Position numbers and translations under genes: made by a program | Notes under the pieces: model-generated | Told to the model about the DNA's origin: nothing | The model's database searches: none | What the model saw: only the letters and a program-made list of their open reading frames with translations | Part shown: positions 35,121 to 35,496 of the stretch, piece by piece | Layout: each line of letters begins with the position of its first letter | How positions within the stretch are numbered: position 1 is the first letter of the stretch | Assembly: GCA_023645945.1 (NCBI GenBank) | Contig: JALAIB010000072.1 | Coordinates: forward strand, 1 to 35,496 | Direction: 5' to 3' | Origin: Diploschistes diacapsis | Lineage: Eukaryota | DNA: 35,496 bases

Positions 35121-35496
35121 TCAGACCTCCCTCCCCATCCCCGGCACTCCCGGCCCCAGCTCCACAAACTCATACTCCTCTCCCCTCGGCCTGCCCGTAG
35201 CCGTATCGCCCGCGCTAGTACCACCGCCACCGCCACCGCTGTATGTAGCCCCGGAAAACCAGCCGCTATCCATCTGCTGCTGCTGCTGCTGCTGCTGCTC
35301 AAGAACCGGCGAGCGCCAGACGCCCATGTCCGCGTCCTCGTGGCCGTCGTGGTTTCCGCCGTGAAGGCTGGGATCCCTCGAGGCGGGGTGCGAGGAGAGG
35401 CCTGCGATGGGCCCGATCTGGGGCGGTGCCGAGTCCCTGGCCCTTCCGCGGGGTTGTTCGGCGTCGGGCACGGCGTAAGAGGACTCGGGGTCGGGG
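35121..35496 (-). CDS. Probable 3' end of an unidentified gene entering from the right edge (polyQ and polyG tracts)
   Basis: GC-rich frame open from the window edge to TGA at 35121, with a (CAG)8 run read as Gln and a GGN run read as Gly. No domain recognised. Confidence 0.5.
   Translation of the reverse strand, partial: PDPESSYAVPDAEQPRGRARDSAPPQIGPIAGLSSHPASRDPSLHGGNHDGHEDADMGVWRSPVLEQQQQQQQQMDSGWFSGATYSGGGGGGTSAGDTATGRPRGEEYEFVELGPGVPGMGREV

Overview
Gene-dense nuclear DNA from a filamentous ascomycete (Pezizomycotina-type genes, short GT-AG introns). By manual translation and splicing I read about 17 protein-coding genes and 2 decayed pseudogenes. Left to right: MFS (Dal5/Tna1-like) pseudogene, hypothetical protein, SEC2, PDCD5-like, COQ4, SET-domain lysine methyltransferase, ketopantoate reductase-like, LRP1/C1D, MIX17, UBX-domain protein, GST pseudogene, GUA1, a stand-alone A-T-C NRPS-like enzyme (1174 aa), SHY1/SURF1, CENP-T, CMS1, MRP2 (uS14m), an Arb2-domain protein and the 3' end of an unidentified gene. 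Most worth following up: (1) a ~340-bp element at 25257-25594 that folds on the + strand into a closed multi-hairpin structure interrupted by an intron-like AT-rich insert (candidate unannotated ncRNA, or a nested MITE); (2) the orphan NRPS-like gene next to it; (3) two genes with non-standard starts (an in-frame TGA in the presequence of the reductase, a likely CTG start for SEC2); (4) an apparent excess of AAG 3' splice sites. No database searches or folding programs were run; family calls rest on recognised motifs.
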